The notes beneath the pieces are model-generated. The model did no database searches, was not told where the DNA came from, and saw nothing but the letters and a program-made list of their open reading frames with translations. A program made the position numbers and the translations under genes. A stretch of DNA of 64,000 nucleotides from an uncultured Kaistella sp. (GTDB taxonomy: Bacteria; Bacteroidota; Bacteroidia; Flavobacteriales; Weeksellaceae), in the NCBI GenBank assembly GCA_964532055.1, contig CAZHFE010000001.1, forward strand, positions 3,576 through 67,575, read 5' to 3'. Below are positions 1 to 9,373 of the stretch, piece by piece. Every line of letters begins with the position of its first letter. Positions within the stretch are counted from its first letter, which is position 1.

Positions 1-461
1 GAACTTAATAAAGACAATCTGCATGTTTTCAGAAGATTATTAAAAGTTACAATTTTATCCGCTTCAAAATCGCCAATTTTAGTTGGATTCAGGTTTTCGT
101 CGCAACGCGAATAATTGGAGTAAGCGAGTTCTGCATTTTCCCTTTTCATAAAATCTACCATTTCTTCGAGAAAATCAGCTTCCCAAAAATCGTCTGCATC
201 AAGGAAAGTGATGAATCTTCCGGTTGCATTTTCTAGGGAAATGTTTCTTGCATGTCCTGCTCCACAATTTTTTTCGGTTCGATAAATTTTGATTCTGCGG
301 TCGTTTGTTTTTTCTAGAATTTCTATGGAATTATCCTGTGAACAATCATCCGTAACCAGCCATTCCCAATCGGTAAAATTCTGATGAAGAACAGAATCAA
401 TCGTTTCCTGCAAAAATTTTGAAGAATTGTAACAAGGCGTGATAATAGAAACTTCCGGCAT
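1..461 (-). CDS. Glycosyltransferase family 2 (partial, runs off the window start)
   Basis: Hand translation from ATG at 461: MPEVSIITPCYNSSKFLQETIDSVLHQNFTDWEWLVTDDCSQD...GAGHARN...FITFLDADD. This is a typical GT2 N-terminus with a DxD motif; not in the ORF track. Confidence 0.9.
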   Translation of the reverse strand, partial: MPEVSIITPCYNSSKFLQETIDSVLHQNFTDWEWLVTDDCSQDNSIEILEKTNDRRIKIYRTEKNCGAGHARNISLENATGRFITFLDADDFWEADFLEEMVDFMKRENAELAYSNYSRCDENLNPTKIGDFEADKIVTFNNLLKTCRLSLLS

Positions 462-490
462 TTGCGAGTTTTTGCAAAGATAAAGAAAGA

Positions 491-552
491 TGTTGGATAG
501 TGGAAGCAAGAACACATTCAGTATTCGGAGCCAAAAAACTTCCCACTTCCAA
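491..552. repeat. 7-nt-unit GGA(AG)/CTTCC stem-loop repeat, intergenic
   Basis: tgttgga tagtgga agc ... cttccca cttccaa; same type as 6040-6085. Confidence 0.45.
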
Positions 553-596
553 ACTTTTTCTTAAATTTGTCAATCTTAAAAAACAATCAGAATATT

Positions 597-1787
597 ATGA
601 ATCTTCACGAGTATCAATCCAAAGAGATTTTATCGAAATACGGTGTTTCAATACAGCGCGGTTTTGTTGCCAATAATGTAGAGGAAGCAGTTGCTGCTGC
701 CGAAAAACTCACTGCCGAAACCGGAGCAAACGGTTGGGTGGTAAAAGCACAAATTCACGCAGGTGGACGAGGAAAAGGGGGTGGTGTAAAGTTTTCACCC
801 AATATGGACAAATTGAAAGAAAATGCAGGGAACATTCTCGGAATGCAGTTAATAACCCCGCAAACTTCTGCCGAAGGTAAAAAAGTAAACTCGGTTTTGG
901 TGGCAGAAGATGTCTATTATCCGGGTGAAACGGAAACCAAAGAATTTTATATTTCTATTCTTTTGGACAGAGCGCAGGGAAAAAACACAGTTGTTTACTC
1001 AACAGAAGGAGGAATGGATATTGAGCATGTTGCTGAAGTTACACCACATCTCATTCATAAAGAAACCATAGATCCTACTTTAGGTTTACAAGGTTTTCAG
1101 GCGAGAAAAATCGCCTTCAATCTCAGTTTGGAAGGAAATGCTTTCAAAGAATTTACAAAATTCATCACCAATCTTTACAATGCTTATGTAGGAATTGATG
1201 CATCACTTTTTGAAATCAATCCGGTTCTGAAAACGTCCGACAACAAAATTATCGCCGTAGATGCAAAAGTAACTTTAGATGATAATGCTTTGTTCCGTCA
1301 TAAAGATTTGGCTGAACTTAGAGATAAAAGAGAAGAAGACCCAATGGACGTTGAAGCGGGAGATGCAGGTTTGAATTTCGTGAAATTGGACGGAAACGTT
1401 GCCTGCATGGTAAACGGAGCTGGATTGGCAATGGCGACAATGGATATCATCAAACTTTCTGGCGGAAATCCTGCAAACTTCCTTGATGTTGGCGGAACTG
1501 CAGATGCGCAAAGAGTACAAACCGCTTTCGGAATTATTTTGAGAGACCCGAATGTAAAAGCAATTCTGATTAATATTTTTGGCGGAATCGTGCGTTGCGA
1601 TCGTGTTGCACAAGGTGTTGTAGATGCGTACAAAGCTATGGGAAGTTTACCTGTTCCTTTGATTGTTCGTCTTCAGGGAACCAACGCTGTTGAAGCAAAA
1701 CAATTGATTGACAACTCAGGTTTACCTGTTCATTCTGCAATTACGCTGGAAGAAGCGGCAAATAAAGTAAAAGAAGTTTTGGCTTAA
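597..1787 (+). CDS. sucC: Succinyl-CoA synthetase beta subunit
   Basis: MNLHEYQSK start, KAQIHAGGRGKGGGVK, NGAGLAMATMD, NFLDVGG, NIFGGIVRCD. Start set to ATG 597. Confidence 0.97.
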   Translation: MNLHEYQSKEILSKYGVSIQRGFVANNVEEAVAAAEKLTAETGANGWVVKAQIHAGGRGKGGGVKFSPNMDKLKENAGNILGMQLITPQTSAEGKKVNSVLVAEDVYYPGETETKEFYISILLDRAQGKNTVVYSTEGGMDIEHVAEVTPHLIHKETIDPTLGLQGFQARKIAFNLSLEGNAFKEFTKFITNLYNAYVGIDASLFEINPVLKTSDNKIIAVDAKVTLDDNALFRHKDLAELRDKREEDPMDVEAGDAGLNFVKLDGNVACMVNGAGLAMATMDIIKLSGGNPANFLDVGGTADAQRVQTAFGIILRDPNVKAILINIFGGIVRCDRVAQGVVDAYKAMGSLPVPLIVRLQGTNAVEAKQLIDNSGLPVHSAITLEEAANKVKEVLA

Positions 1788-1803
1788 ACCCAAACACATA
1801 ATA

Positions 1804-1838
1804 AAAAAAATCTTCTTTCATTGAAAGAAGATTTTTTT
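1804..1838. terminator. Bidirectional intrinsic terminator
   Basis: aaaaaaatcttctttca-t-tgaaagaagattttttt perfect inverted repeat between convergent genes. Confidence 0.85.
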
Positions 1839-1851
1839 ATGTCCTCATTTT

Positions 1852-2163
1852 TTAAAAATGATGATTCGGATTTTGATTTTCAGCGGTTTGCTGTTTCGCC
1901 AGTTCTGCCGCTTGTTTTTCTAATTCTTCTTTCTCTTTTTTCAGCTGTTTTAGTTCTTTTCTCTTTTGCTCTTCTTTTAGTGCGGCTCCTTTGCTAAGGT
2001 AACCTACAATACCTCCAATAATTAAACCGATTCCGATTCCGGCAAGAATTCCCATTAAACTAATGGGTTCAAAAAGTCTCACCAATGAAAACTGAGGCAG
2101 CATATAATACAGCAAAAAAGACAACCCGAGAAGCAATAATCCTATAAAGTGTAAATTTTTCAT
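1852..2163 (-). CDS. Small membrane protein with C-terminal coiled coil
   Basis: Two hydrophobic segments followed by a charged K/E/Q-rich tail. Confidence 0.75.
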   Translation of the reverse strand: MKNLHFIGLLLLGLSFLLYYMLPQFSLVRLFEPISLMGILAGIGIGLIIGGIVGYLSKGAALKEEQKRKELKQLKKEKEELEKQAAELAKQQTAENQNPNHHF

Positions 2164-2223
2164 TTTAAAGAAATTAAAAACTGATTTTCAAAATTAAACA
2201 AATTTCATAAACCAGAGTTAATA

Positions 2224-3033
2224 TTAAATTTTTCCTCCGGAAGCTTTATAATATTCCAAAGCTTTTGCTAAATGTTTTTCTAAATCGGCTCTTCTAGTAT
2301 CAGGATTTGGGTGGGTCGAAAGAAACTCCGGTGTTTGCTGTCCGTTTGAAGCGGCTTCCATTCTTTGCCAGAAAGGTTGTGCTTGTCTTGGATCGTAACC
2401 TGCCATAGACATCAGATAAAGTCCCATTTCATCTGCTTCTAATTCTTGACTTCTGCCATATTTTAAAAGCGCAACTTGTGCACCGATTGGATATGCCTGT
2501 TGAAAAATTGCTGCCATCTGCGAATTGGAAATTGTACTGCCTAAAATCGCACCGCCGTATTGTGCAACCATTGCCTGGGAAATTCTTTCATTTCCGTGTC
2601 CGGCAAGAGCATGGGAAATCTCGTGTCCTAAAACAACCGCCATTCCTGCGTCATTTAGTGTAATGGGTAAAATCCCAGAATAAACGGCAACTTTTCCTCC
2701 CGGCATACACCATGCATTAACCTGTTTATCTTCTAACAAATTGAATTCCCACTGATAATTGGCAAGGTCTTGTTCTCTGCCGATTTGCCGGTAATAATTT
2801 TCTGCTGCATTTTTTATTCTTAGTCCTACGTTTTGCAAACCCTTAGCGGCGGTAGTTCCGGATATTACTTTTGCGCTTGAGAGTGTTTCCCGATACTGCT
2901 GCAAAGCAACGGCTGCAATTTCTTGATTGTTGGCTAATTGCAATGATTTTCTTCCGGTAATGGGATTGGTTGTACAAGCGAATAACGCGATAGATAAAGT
3001 TGCTGCTGCAAATAATTTTTTAATTTTATTCAT
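2224..3033 (-). CDS. M48 family metallopeptidase lipoprotein
   Basis: Lipobox LFAC, NAWCMPGG, HEISH zinc motif, ELEADEMG, FLSTHP. Confidence 0.93.
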   Translation of the reverse strand: MNKIKKLFAAATLSIALFACTTNPITGRKSLQLANNQEIAAVALQQYRETLSSAKVISGTTAAKGLQNVGLRIKNAAENYYRQIGREQDLANYQWEFNLLEDKQVNAWCMPGGKVAVYSGILPITLNDAGMAVVLGHEISHALAGHGNERISQAMVAQYGGAILGSTISNSQMAAIFQQAYPIGAQVALLKYGRSQELEADEMGLYLMSMAGYDPRQAQPFWQRMEAASNGQQTPEFLSTHPNPDTRRADLEKHLAKALEYYKASGGKI

Positions 3034-3144
3034 TGTGTAGATTTTTAATTAATATTCACGAATCAACATCTGTTCCAACGAATTGTTTTAATTTTATTAA
3101 AAACATTTTTTGAAAACAAACTAAAAAGGCAATGTTATGAAAAA

Positions 3145-4167
3145 TTACAATTTCCCGAGCAATTTGTCCACAAAAGATTTGGCTTCACTACTCGGATTCG
3201 ATTGCTGTTCAGATGCTTTTTTTCTGTGCATTTCATACTCGTTTCCTGTTGATTTACGCGATTTTGTTTTTTGTAAAATATATTCCTGAACCCAATAATC
3301 AAATCTTTTTTCCTGCTGTTTTTTTCGGGTTTCCATAAAAGAATTGTTCTTGATTTTTAGCTGAACAAAAGCGTCTATTTTTTCATAAACCTCATCTAAA
3401 CCATTGTTATTGAGAGCAGAGCCGAGCAAAACAGGAACCGTCCAATCTTTTTCTTTCGGAGCCATAAAATGCAATGCACGAAGTAATTCTACTTTGGTAC
3501 TCTTTGCTTTGTGCAGATTTTCTTCTTCCACTTTATTGATGAAAATAACATCTACCATTTCCATTACGCCGCGTTTTATTCCCTGCAATTCATCACCGCC
3601 GCCGATGATTTTCAGAAAAATGAAAATATCTGTAATATCTGAAACCAGCACTTCGCTTTGGCCAACTCCCACCGTTTCTATCAAAATATAATCATATCCT
3701 GCAGCTTCGCAAATGAGCAGGGTTTCAAAAGTGGTGTTTGCAATTCCGCCCAAAAATCCGGAGTTCGGACTTGGTCGTATGAACGCATTTTCTTCTTTTG
3801 CCAATTCTTCCATTCTGGTTTTATCGCCCAAAATAGAACCTTTGTTCAAAGAAGAACTCGGGTCAATTGCCAAAACCGCAACTTTCTTAGATTTGGAAAT
3901 GGCGAGTTTGCCGAAGTTTTCGATAAAGGTTGATTTTCCTGCACCCGGAACTCCCGTAATTCCTATTCTTATTGAGTTTCCTGTAAAAGGCAAGATTTCT
4001 TTCAGCAGTTCATCTGCTTGTGTGCGGTGTTCTGGTTTTTTGCTTTCTATCAATGTAATGGCTTTTCCGAGCATGCGTTTGTCGCCGGATTTTATGCCAT
4101 TGATAAGTTCTTGTGTTGAAAGCGTTTTCAAAGTAATGTTTGTTTTTAACCAGAGTAACTGCTTCAA
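3145..4167 (-). CDS. meaB: Methylmalonyl-CoA mutase-associated GTPase MeaB/ArgK
   Basis: GITGVPGAGKST, LAIDPSS, GDKTRM, FIRPSP, ETVGVGQSE, GDELQGIKRG. True start may be TTG 4131. Confidence 0.93.
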   Translation of the reverse strand: MKQLLWLKTNITLKTLSTQELINGIKSGDKRMLGKAITLIESKKPEHRTQADELLKEILPFTGNSIRIGITGVPGAGKSTFIENFGKLAISKSKKVAVLAIDPSSSLNKGSILGDKTRMEELAKEENAFIRPSPNSGFLGGIANTTFETLLICEAAGYDYILIETVGVGQSEVLVSDITDIFIFLKIIGGGDELQGIKRGVMEMVDVIFINKVEEENLHKAKSTKVELLRALHFMAPKEKDWTVPVLLGSALNNNGLDEVYEKIDAFVQLKIKNNSFMETRKKQQEKRFDYWVQEYILQKTKSRKSTGNEYEMHRKKASEQQSNPSSEAKSFVDKLLGKL

Positions 4168-4178
4168 AATTACGAAAT

Positions 4179-5177
4179 CTAAATCAAAGAAATTCCCAAT
4201 CCGGGTTTTTCTGAAAGCACCAATTTCCCTTTTTCTACAAAGCTGCCTTTAGCAAAATCACTTGAAATTAAATTTGCACCGTCTAAATCAGCAAAATCGC
4301 ACAAAGTCGAGATGGCAATTCCTGCAGAAATTCCCACAGAAGATTCTGTCATGCAACCAATCATGATTTTGTAACCGGATTTTCTTGCTTCGGCAATCAG
4401 CTCCAAAGCAGGACTTATTCCGCCGCATTTCATCAACTTGATGTTGATTGCTGCATAATGCGGTTTTAGTTTTTGCAGGTAAGAAATATCTTGACAATCT
4501 TCATCTGCCATCCAAACTGCGTTTTTGTTTTTATCTAAAACGTGGTATTCACCAATCGGTCGAGGTTGTTCTATATAAAGGAAATTCTTGCTCAGTGCAT
4601 TGTTTTGCAGAAAATTACAATCATCATCAGAAAAACTTGTATTGGAATCAAGTGCGATTTCTTTTCCTGTATTGATGAGCTGATGAAGATTTTCACGATT
4701 CAATCCGTTGCATTTTACTTTAAACTTTTGCCATTCCGAATTTTCTATTTTTCTGATTTGCTTATCAATTTCTGCGATGCTTATGGTGAAAGAAGATTCT
4801 GGTAAGCAATTGTGATTTAATTTATTAAGTTCGTGAAAGGTTTTATTTTCCAACTTTCCGAATAAATCCCAATATGCACAATCTAAAGCGGAACGTAAAA
4901 AAGAATGAACCTCTAAATTCAAAATAAATTGGTAAAATTCTTTTGGATGTATGATTTTTGTGTTTTCAATAAGGTGCTGAATTTCAGTTAATTTCAAAAT
5001 CAATTCGTCAAGATTAATCCCGTAATAATTAATAGCAACACATTCGCCGAAACCGGCTTTATCTTGATGAGAAAGGATCACCAAAAGCGATTCCCGAAAA
5101 TCATAATTTCCGTAAGCGATTGAAAACGTTTCTTTTAGCAAGAGTTTTTTCTTTGTCCAGGAAATTTTCATCGGCAA
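4179..5177 (-). CDS. Enolase-superfamily dipeptide (L-Ala-D/L-Glu) epimerase-like protein
   Basis: ETFSIAYG, GFGEC, KFKVK, LDSN, IEQP, ADED, NIKLMKCGG, MIGCMTES, DLDG. Confidence 0.88.
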   Translation of the reverse strand: MPMKISWTKKKLLLKETFSIAYGNYDFRESLLVILSHQDKAGFGECVAINYYGINLDELILKLTEIQHLIENTKIIHPKEFYQFILNLEVHSFLRSALDCAYWDLFGKLENKTFHELNKLNHNCLPESSFTISIAEIDKQIRKIENSEWQKFKVKCNGLNRENLHQLINTGKEIALDSNTSFSDDDCNFLQNNALSKNFLYIEQPRPIGEYHVLDKNKNAVWMADEDCQDISYLQKLKPHYAAINIKLMKCGGISPALELIAEARKSGYKIMIGCMTESSVGISAGIAISTLCDFADLDGANLISSDFAKGSFVEKGKLVLSEKPGLGISLI

Positions 5178-5243
5178 TTTTTTTTGTGTGTATTAGCAAA
5201 TGTAAACAGAATTTTGTTTATTTTTGGATTATAATTATTAGTT

Positions 5244-5531
5244 ATGAAAAATATAATCGTTGTTGCTGTTTTGATTGGAACAGGTTTTTTGATTTCATGT
5301 ACCCCAAAAACAACACCCGAAGCTGCAGGAAAGAAAATCATCACCGCAGAATATCTTGCACAGGGAAAAACGATTTTTGATAATTCTTGTGGTAAATGTC
5401 ACGATTTGCCAAACCCTACCGACCATTCTGCACAAGATTGGGTGGGAATCATGAATTCTATGGCTCCGAAATCCCGATTAAATGAGCAGCAACATGAAAT
5501 GGTATATGATTATATTGTCTCGGTGAAGTAA
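5244..5531 (+). CDS. Single-haem cytochrome c lipoprotein
   Basis: Lipobox LISC, CGKCH haem motif, W-x3-M-x2-M distal ligand region. Confidence 0.85.
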   Translation: MKNIIVVAVLIGTGFLISCTPKTTPEAAGKKIITAEYLAQGKTIFDNSCGKCHDLPNPTDHSAQDWVGIMNSMAPKSRLNEQQHEMVYDYIVSVK

Positions 5532-5535
5532 TTTG

Positions 5536-6027
5536 TTAATCAACATAAATTCCTGCCCAACTTCTTTTCAAAGGGAGCAGAAAATCTGAAAGAAAATTAA
5601 CGTAAGTAGATTTTGAAAAATCGAAAACCTCTATATCTTGTGAGATTTCACTGTTTTTCAGTCCGTTTCGGAAATCCTGAAGTTTCATCGTTTTCACTTC
5701 ACCGTTTTCTACAAAACTCGCTTTCATTCTGTCGAATAATCCCAATCCCAATTGGTTATCAATTTCTCTCATCACTCCGCCAAGAGAATCTATGGAACAA
5801 CCCGATGCGGCTTCTTTTTCTTCGTCCACACAAACCACGATAAACTGATTTTTTTCAATCTTAAAAGACGAAGAAAGTGGTTTTCCGTGTGCAGCCCAAG
5901 TTGCGAGAAAATCATATAATTTTTCGGTAATGACTTTGCTCTCTTTCGGTGTAAACGGTCGAGATGCGGGATAAATAATCACTCGGTAATCGTTGGTTTC
6001 TATGATTTCGGATTGTTCTATTTTCAT
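5536..6027 (-). CDS. Conserved Bacteroidota hypothetical protein
   Basis: RVIIYPASR, WAAHGKPL, ASGCSID, FDRM motifs. Start moved to ATG 6027 because the upstream extension is a repeat element. Confidence 0.8.
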   Translation of the reverse strand: MKIEQSEIIETNDYRVIIYPASRPFTPKESKVITEKLYDFLATWAAHGKPLSSSFKIEKNQFIVVCVDEEKEAASGCSIDSLGGVMREIDNQLGLGLFDRMKASFVENGEVKTMKLQDFRNGLKNSEISQDIEVFDFSKSTYVNFLSDFLLPLKRSWAGIYVD

Positions 6028-6039
6028 AATTCTTAAATT

Positions 6040-6085
6040 TGGGAGATGGAAGTTGGAAGAAGGAAGAAAAACTTCCGACTTCATG
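6040..6085. repeat. 7-nt-periodic stem-loop repeat
   Basis: tgggaga tggaagt tggaaga aggaaga aaaa cttccga cttcatg. Confidence 0.6.
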
Positions 6086-6088
6086 CTT

Positions 6089-6874
6089 TTATAAATCCTC
6101 TGCTTCTGCCAAAAGTTCTGCGATATCTTTTACGGCAACTTCTTCGTTTTTGTTAAAATGTTTCACGCCGTCTGTAATCATTGTCATACAAAACGGACAA
6201 CCTGTTGCAATAACATTCGGTTTTTCGGCAAGTGCTTCTTCGGTTCTTTCTACATTGATGTCTTTGTTTCCTTTTTCGGGTTCTTTGAACATTTGCGCTC
6301 CACCTGCTCCGCAACATAATCCGTTAGATTTACAGCGTTTCATTTCCACCAATTCAACATCAAGTTTTTCCAGCAACATTCTTGGTGCTTCATACTCATT
6401 GTTGGCTCTTCCGAGATAACATGGGTCGTGAAAAGTGATTTTTCTGCCTTTGAAACTTCCGCCTTCAATTTTCAGTCGTCCTTCTTCCATCAATTGTCTT
6501 AGGAACTGTGTATGATGAACCACTTCGTAATTGCCACCCAAACTTGGATATTCGTTTTTCAAAGTATTGAAGCAGTGCGGACAAGCTGTTACGATTTTTT
6601 TTACTTCGTAAGCATTTAGAACTTCAATATTCGTCAAAGCCATCATTTGAAAAACAAATTCGTTTCCGGCGCGTTTTGCAGGGTCACCTGTGCAACTTTC
6701 CTCTTGTCCGAGAACGGCAAATTCAACATTGATTTTGTTCAGGATTTTGCAGAAAGCACGTGTAATTTTTTTTGCTCTGTCATCGAAACTTCCGGCGCAA
6801 CCAACCCAAAAGAGAACTTCTGGAGATTTACCTTCGGCTGCATATTCTGCCATTGTTTTTATCGTGAAATCCAT
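6089..6874 (-). CDS. CCG-domain (Fe-S)-binding protein
   Basis: FWVGCAGSFD, ESCTGD, TACPHC, FHDPCYLGR, LCCGAGG, TGCPFC. Confidence 0.92.
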   Translation of the reverse strand: MDFTIKTMAEYAAEGKSPEVLFWVGCAGSFDDRAKKITRAFCKILNKINVEFAVLGQEESCTGDPAKRAGNEFVFQMMALTNIEVLNAYEVKKIVTACPHCFNTLKNEYPSLGGNYEVVHHTQFLRQLMEEGRLKIEGGSFKGRKITFHDPCYLGRANNEYEAPRMLLEKLDVELVEMKRCKSNGLCCGAGGAQMFKEPEKGNKDINVERTEEALAEKPNVIATGCPFCMTMITDGVKHFNKNEEVAVKDIAELLAEAEDL

Positions 6875-6953
6875 AATTTTAATTTGCTAATTAGTTGATT
6901 TGAAGATGTGCTGATAAAAAATTACCACATCGTCACATTTCCAAATCATCACA

Positions 6954-8279
6954 TTATTCATTTGCCCAATTCAATCTATCGGCTTGGTTATATTGCCACG
7001 GTGCAGCGTTGTTTTCTACATTGGTCATCATTAAGTTTAATTCTTGCGGAGCTGCAGATTGTTCCATGACCAAAAATCGACGCATTTCAAAAATAATGGA
7101 AAGCGGGTCTATCAAAATCGGACACGCTTCTACACATGCGTTGCAGGTTGTACACGCCCAAAGTTCTTCTTTGGCAATGTAATCGTTCAGCAGTTTTTTT
7201 CCGTCATCTGCAAATTTTCCGTTTTTGTTGATGTTTCTTCCGACTTCTTCTAATCTGTCCCGTGTTTTCATCATTATCAATCTCGGCGAAAGTTTTTTTC
7301 CAGTGATATTTGCGGGACAAACCGCAGTACATCTTCCGCATTCCGTGCAGGAATAAGCGCTTAACAACTGAACCTGATTCAAATCAAAAACATCTTCCGC
7401 ACCGAATTTTGATGGAACTTCCGCGTCGTTTTCCGGTGGTGCTGCGTAAGGATCTGCATTCGGATCCATCATCAGTTTTATTTCTTTGGTAACGGAATCC
7501 AGATTATTGAAACTTCCTTTCTTTTCAAGATTGGCGTACCAAGTGTTCGGAAATGCGAAAATAATATGCAGATGTTTGGAATAATACAGATAATTCATAA
7601 AGAACAAAATCCCCAAAAAGTGAAACCACCACACTGCTCTTTCTGTAAAAATAAGAAAATTGTTGCTGAAATTTTCAAAAATAGGAGCCATTAAATGTGA
7701 GCTTATCGGAAAACTTCCGTGTGCGTGAAAAACTCCTCTTTGCTGCAACACCCAATCTGCTCCATTCATTTTGAAGAACGCCATCATCAAAGCAAATTCG
7801 ATAATCAAAATCCAGTTTGCATCGTGTTTCGGCCAACCAAAAAGCTCTTTCATCGTCAATCTTTTCACACCGTAAAAATTTCTTCGGATAAAGAAAATTA
7901 CAACGGCTACAACGACCAGTAATGCTAAAATTTCCAGAGTTGCGGTAAAAATTGAATATAACGATTCGCCGAAAATTCCTGCTAAAAACCGATGTGTCCC
8001 GAAAATTCCATCAACAATAATTTCGATGAGTTCTAAGTTGATAATCACAAAACCAACGTAAACGAAAATGTGTAAAATCCCTGCAATTGGGCGTTTCGTC
8101 ATTTTGCTTTGTCCGAGTGCGACTTTCGCCATTGTTTTCCAGCGTTCTGGTTTACGGTCGGTTCTGTCGATTTCTTTCCCGAGTTTGATGTTGCGATACA
8201 GTTCTCTCAAACTTTTTGCAAAAAGCCCGAATCCTGCAACGAGGAGAACAAAAAAAATGATATTGTCAATATATTGCAT
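6954..8279 (-). CDS. Membrane-bound 4Fe-4S oxidoreductase subunit
   Basis: Several TM helices plus CTECGRCTAVCP and CTTCNACVEACP ferredoxin motifs. Confidence 0.92.
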   Translation of the reverse strand: MQYIDNIIFFVLLVAGFGLFAKSLRELYRNIKLGKEIDRTDRKPERWKTMAKVALGQSKMTKRPIAGILHIFVYVGFVIINLELIEIIVDGIFGTHRFLAGIFGESLYSIFTATLEILALLVVVAVVIFFIRRNFYGVKRLTMKELFGWPKHDANWILIIEFALMMAFFKMNGADWVLQQRGVFHAHGSFPISSHLMAPIFENFSNNFLIFTERAVWWFHFLGILFFMNYLYYSKHLHIIFAFPNTWYANLEKKGSFNNLDSVTKEIKLMMDPNADPYAAPPENDAEVPSKFGAEDVFDLNQVQLLSAYSCTECGRCTAVCPANITGKKLSPRLIMMKTRDRLEEVGRNINKNGKFADDGKKLLNDYIAKEELWACTTCNACVEACPILIDPLSIIFEMRRFLVMEQSAAPQELNLMMTNVENNAAPWQYNQADRLNWANE

Positions 8280-8290
8280 ATTGAAGATTT

Positions 8291-9250
8291 TTAGTCCTTA
8301 CTATTTTTCCCGAAAACCGAAAAGTTGATGTATCGTTTCGGATTGGTTTTGATGTCTTCTACCAATTTGTTGAGGTTATCTGATGTGGTGATGAGATTGT
8401 TGTACAATTGCTCGTCTTTCGCCAATTTGCCTAAACTTCCGTCTCCGTTTTGTATTCCTCCGATAACGGAATTCAATTTATCTGCCGTCAAACTCAGTTT
8501 ATCTATTGTATTGTTGAGTTTTTTCACATCTATTTCATCGGCAACTCTTCCGTATTTGTCAATTGTGGTTCTTGCACTGATTGTCGCGAGATTTGCGTTA
8601 TCCAGCATTTTCTGAATTTTCGGGTCGTTATTTCCTACCAATGCATTGGCTTGTTTGGAAGTGATTTCAAACGAAGCCACCGTTCTGTTGAGATTATTGA
8701 GCAAAGCGCGAATTTCTGTTCTATTATTTTCATCTAAAATTTTGTTGGCGTTATCGGTAAGAGAATCCACCCTTTTCAGAACAACCTGCAATTGGTCTTT
8801 TACGGGCATTATCTGTGTAGAAATATCGTTCATCATCGAGAGCCGATAAGCACCGGACAAAGTATCGCCGTCTTTTGCCATCGGTTGTCCGTATGCAAGA
8901 TTGATGCGCATTTCCTTTCCCGACATCAGTCCCGGTTCAAAAATCTCTAATGTTGATTTTTTTGAAAACTGAAAATTATTGTCCACAATAACTTTTACCA
9001 CGAAATAAATCTGTCCGCTTTTTTCGGTAATGGGAATGATTTTATCTACCCTTCCTACTTTCAAACCGTTGATGGAAACAGGATTAGATGCAGCCAAACC
9101 TTCTACATTATCAAATTTTGCATAAAAAATATTATCCGTTGTGAACAAACTTTTTCCTTTCATATACTGAAATAGGAAAACAAATCCTACAATAGCAAGT
9201 AGCGCAATGAGACCTGCTTTTATTTCTTTGGTGAACTTCACTTTCTTCAA
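8291..9250 (-). CDS. MlaD/MCE family protein
   Basis: N-terminal TM helix, VEGLAASNPVSINGLKVGRV MCE motif, C-terminal GSLGKL...NPKRY. Confidence 0.92.
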   Translation of the reverse strand: MKKVKFTKEIKAGLIALLAIVGFVFLFQYMKGKSLFTTDNIFYAKFDNVEGLAASNPVSINGLKVGRVDKIIPITEKSGQIYFVVKVIVDNNFQFSKKSTLEIFEPGLMSGKEMRINLAYGQPMAKDGDTLSGAYRLSMMNDISTQIMPVKDQLQVVLKRVDSLTDNANKILDENNRTEIRALLNNLNRTVASFEITSKQANALVGNNDPKIQKMLDNANLATISARTTIDKYGRVADEIDVKKLNNTIDKLSLTADKLNSVIGGIQNGDGSLGKLAKDEQLYNNLITTSDNLNKLVEDIKTNPKRYINFSVFGKNSKD

Positions 9251-9373
9251 ATTTTATGATAACAAATATAGAATATTTTTAATAAATGCAGTATGCAGAA
9301 TTCCTGATATTGCTGCACAAAAAAAGCGACTGTTAAAAAAGCCGCCTTTTTGAATATATTGTTTAAAAAAGTA

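Noticed and set aside
323-517. 64-aa ORF in the track
   Set aside because: Wrong frame; the real gene is the GT2 starting at 461 and running off the window.
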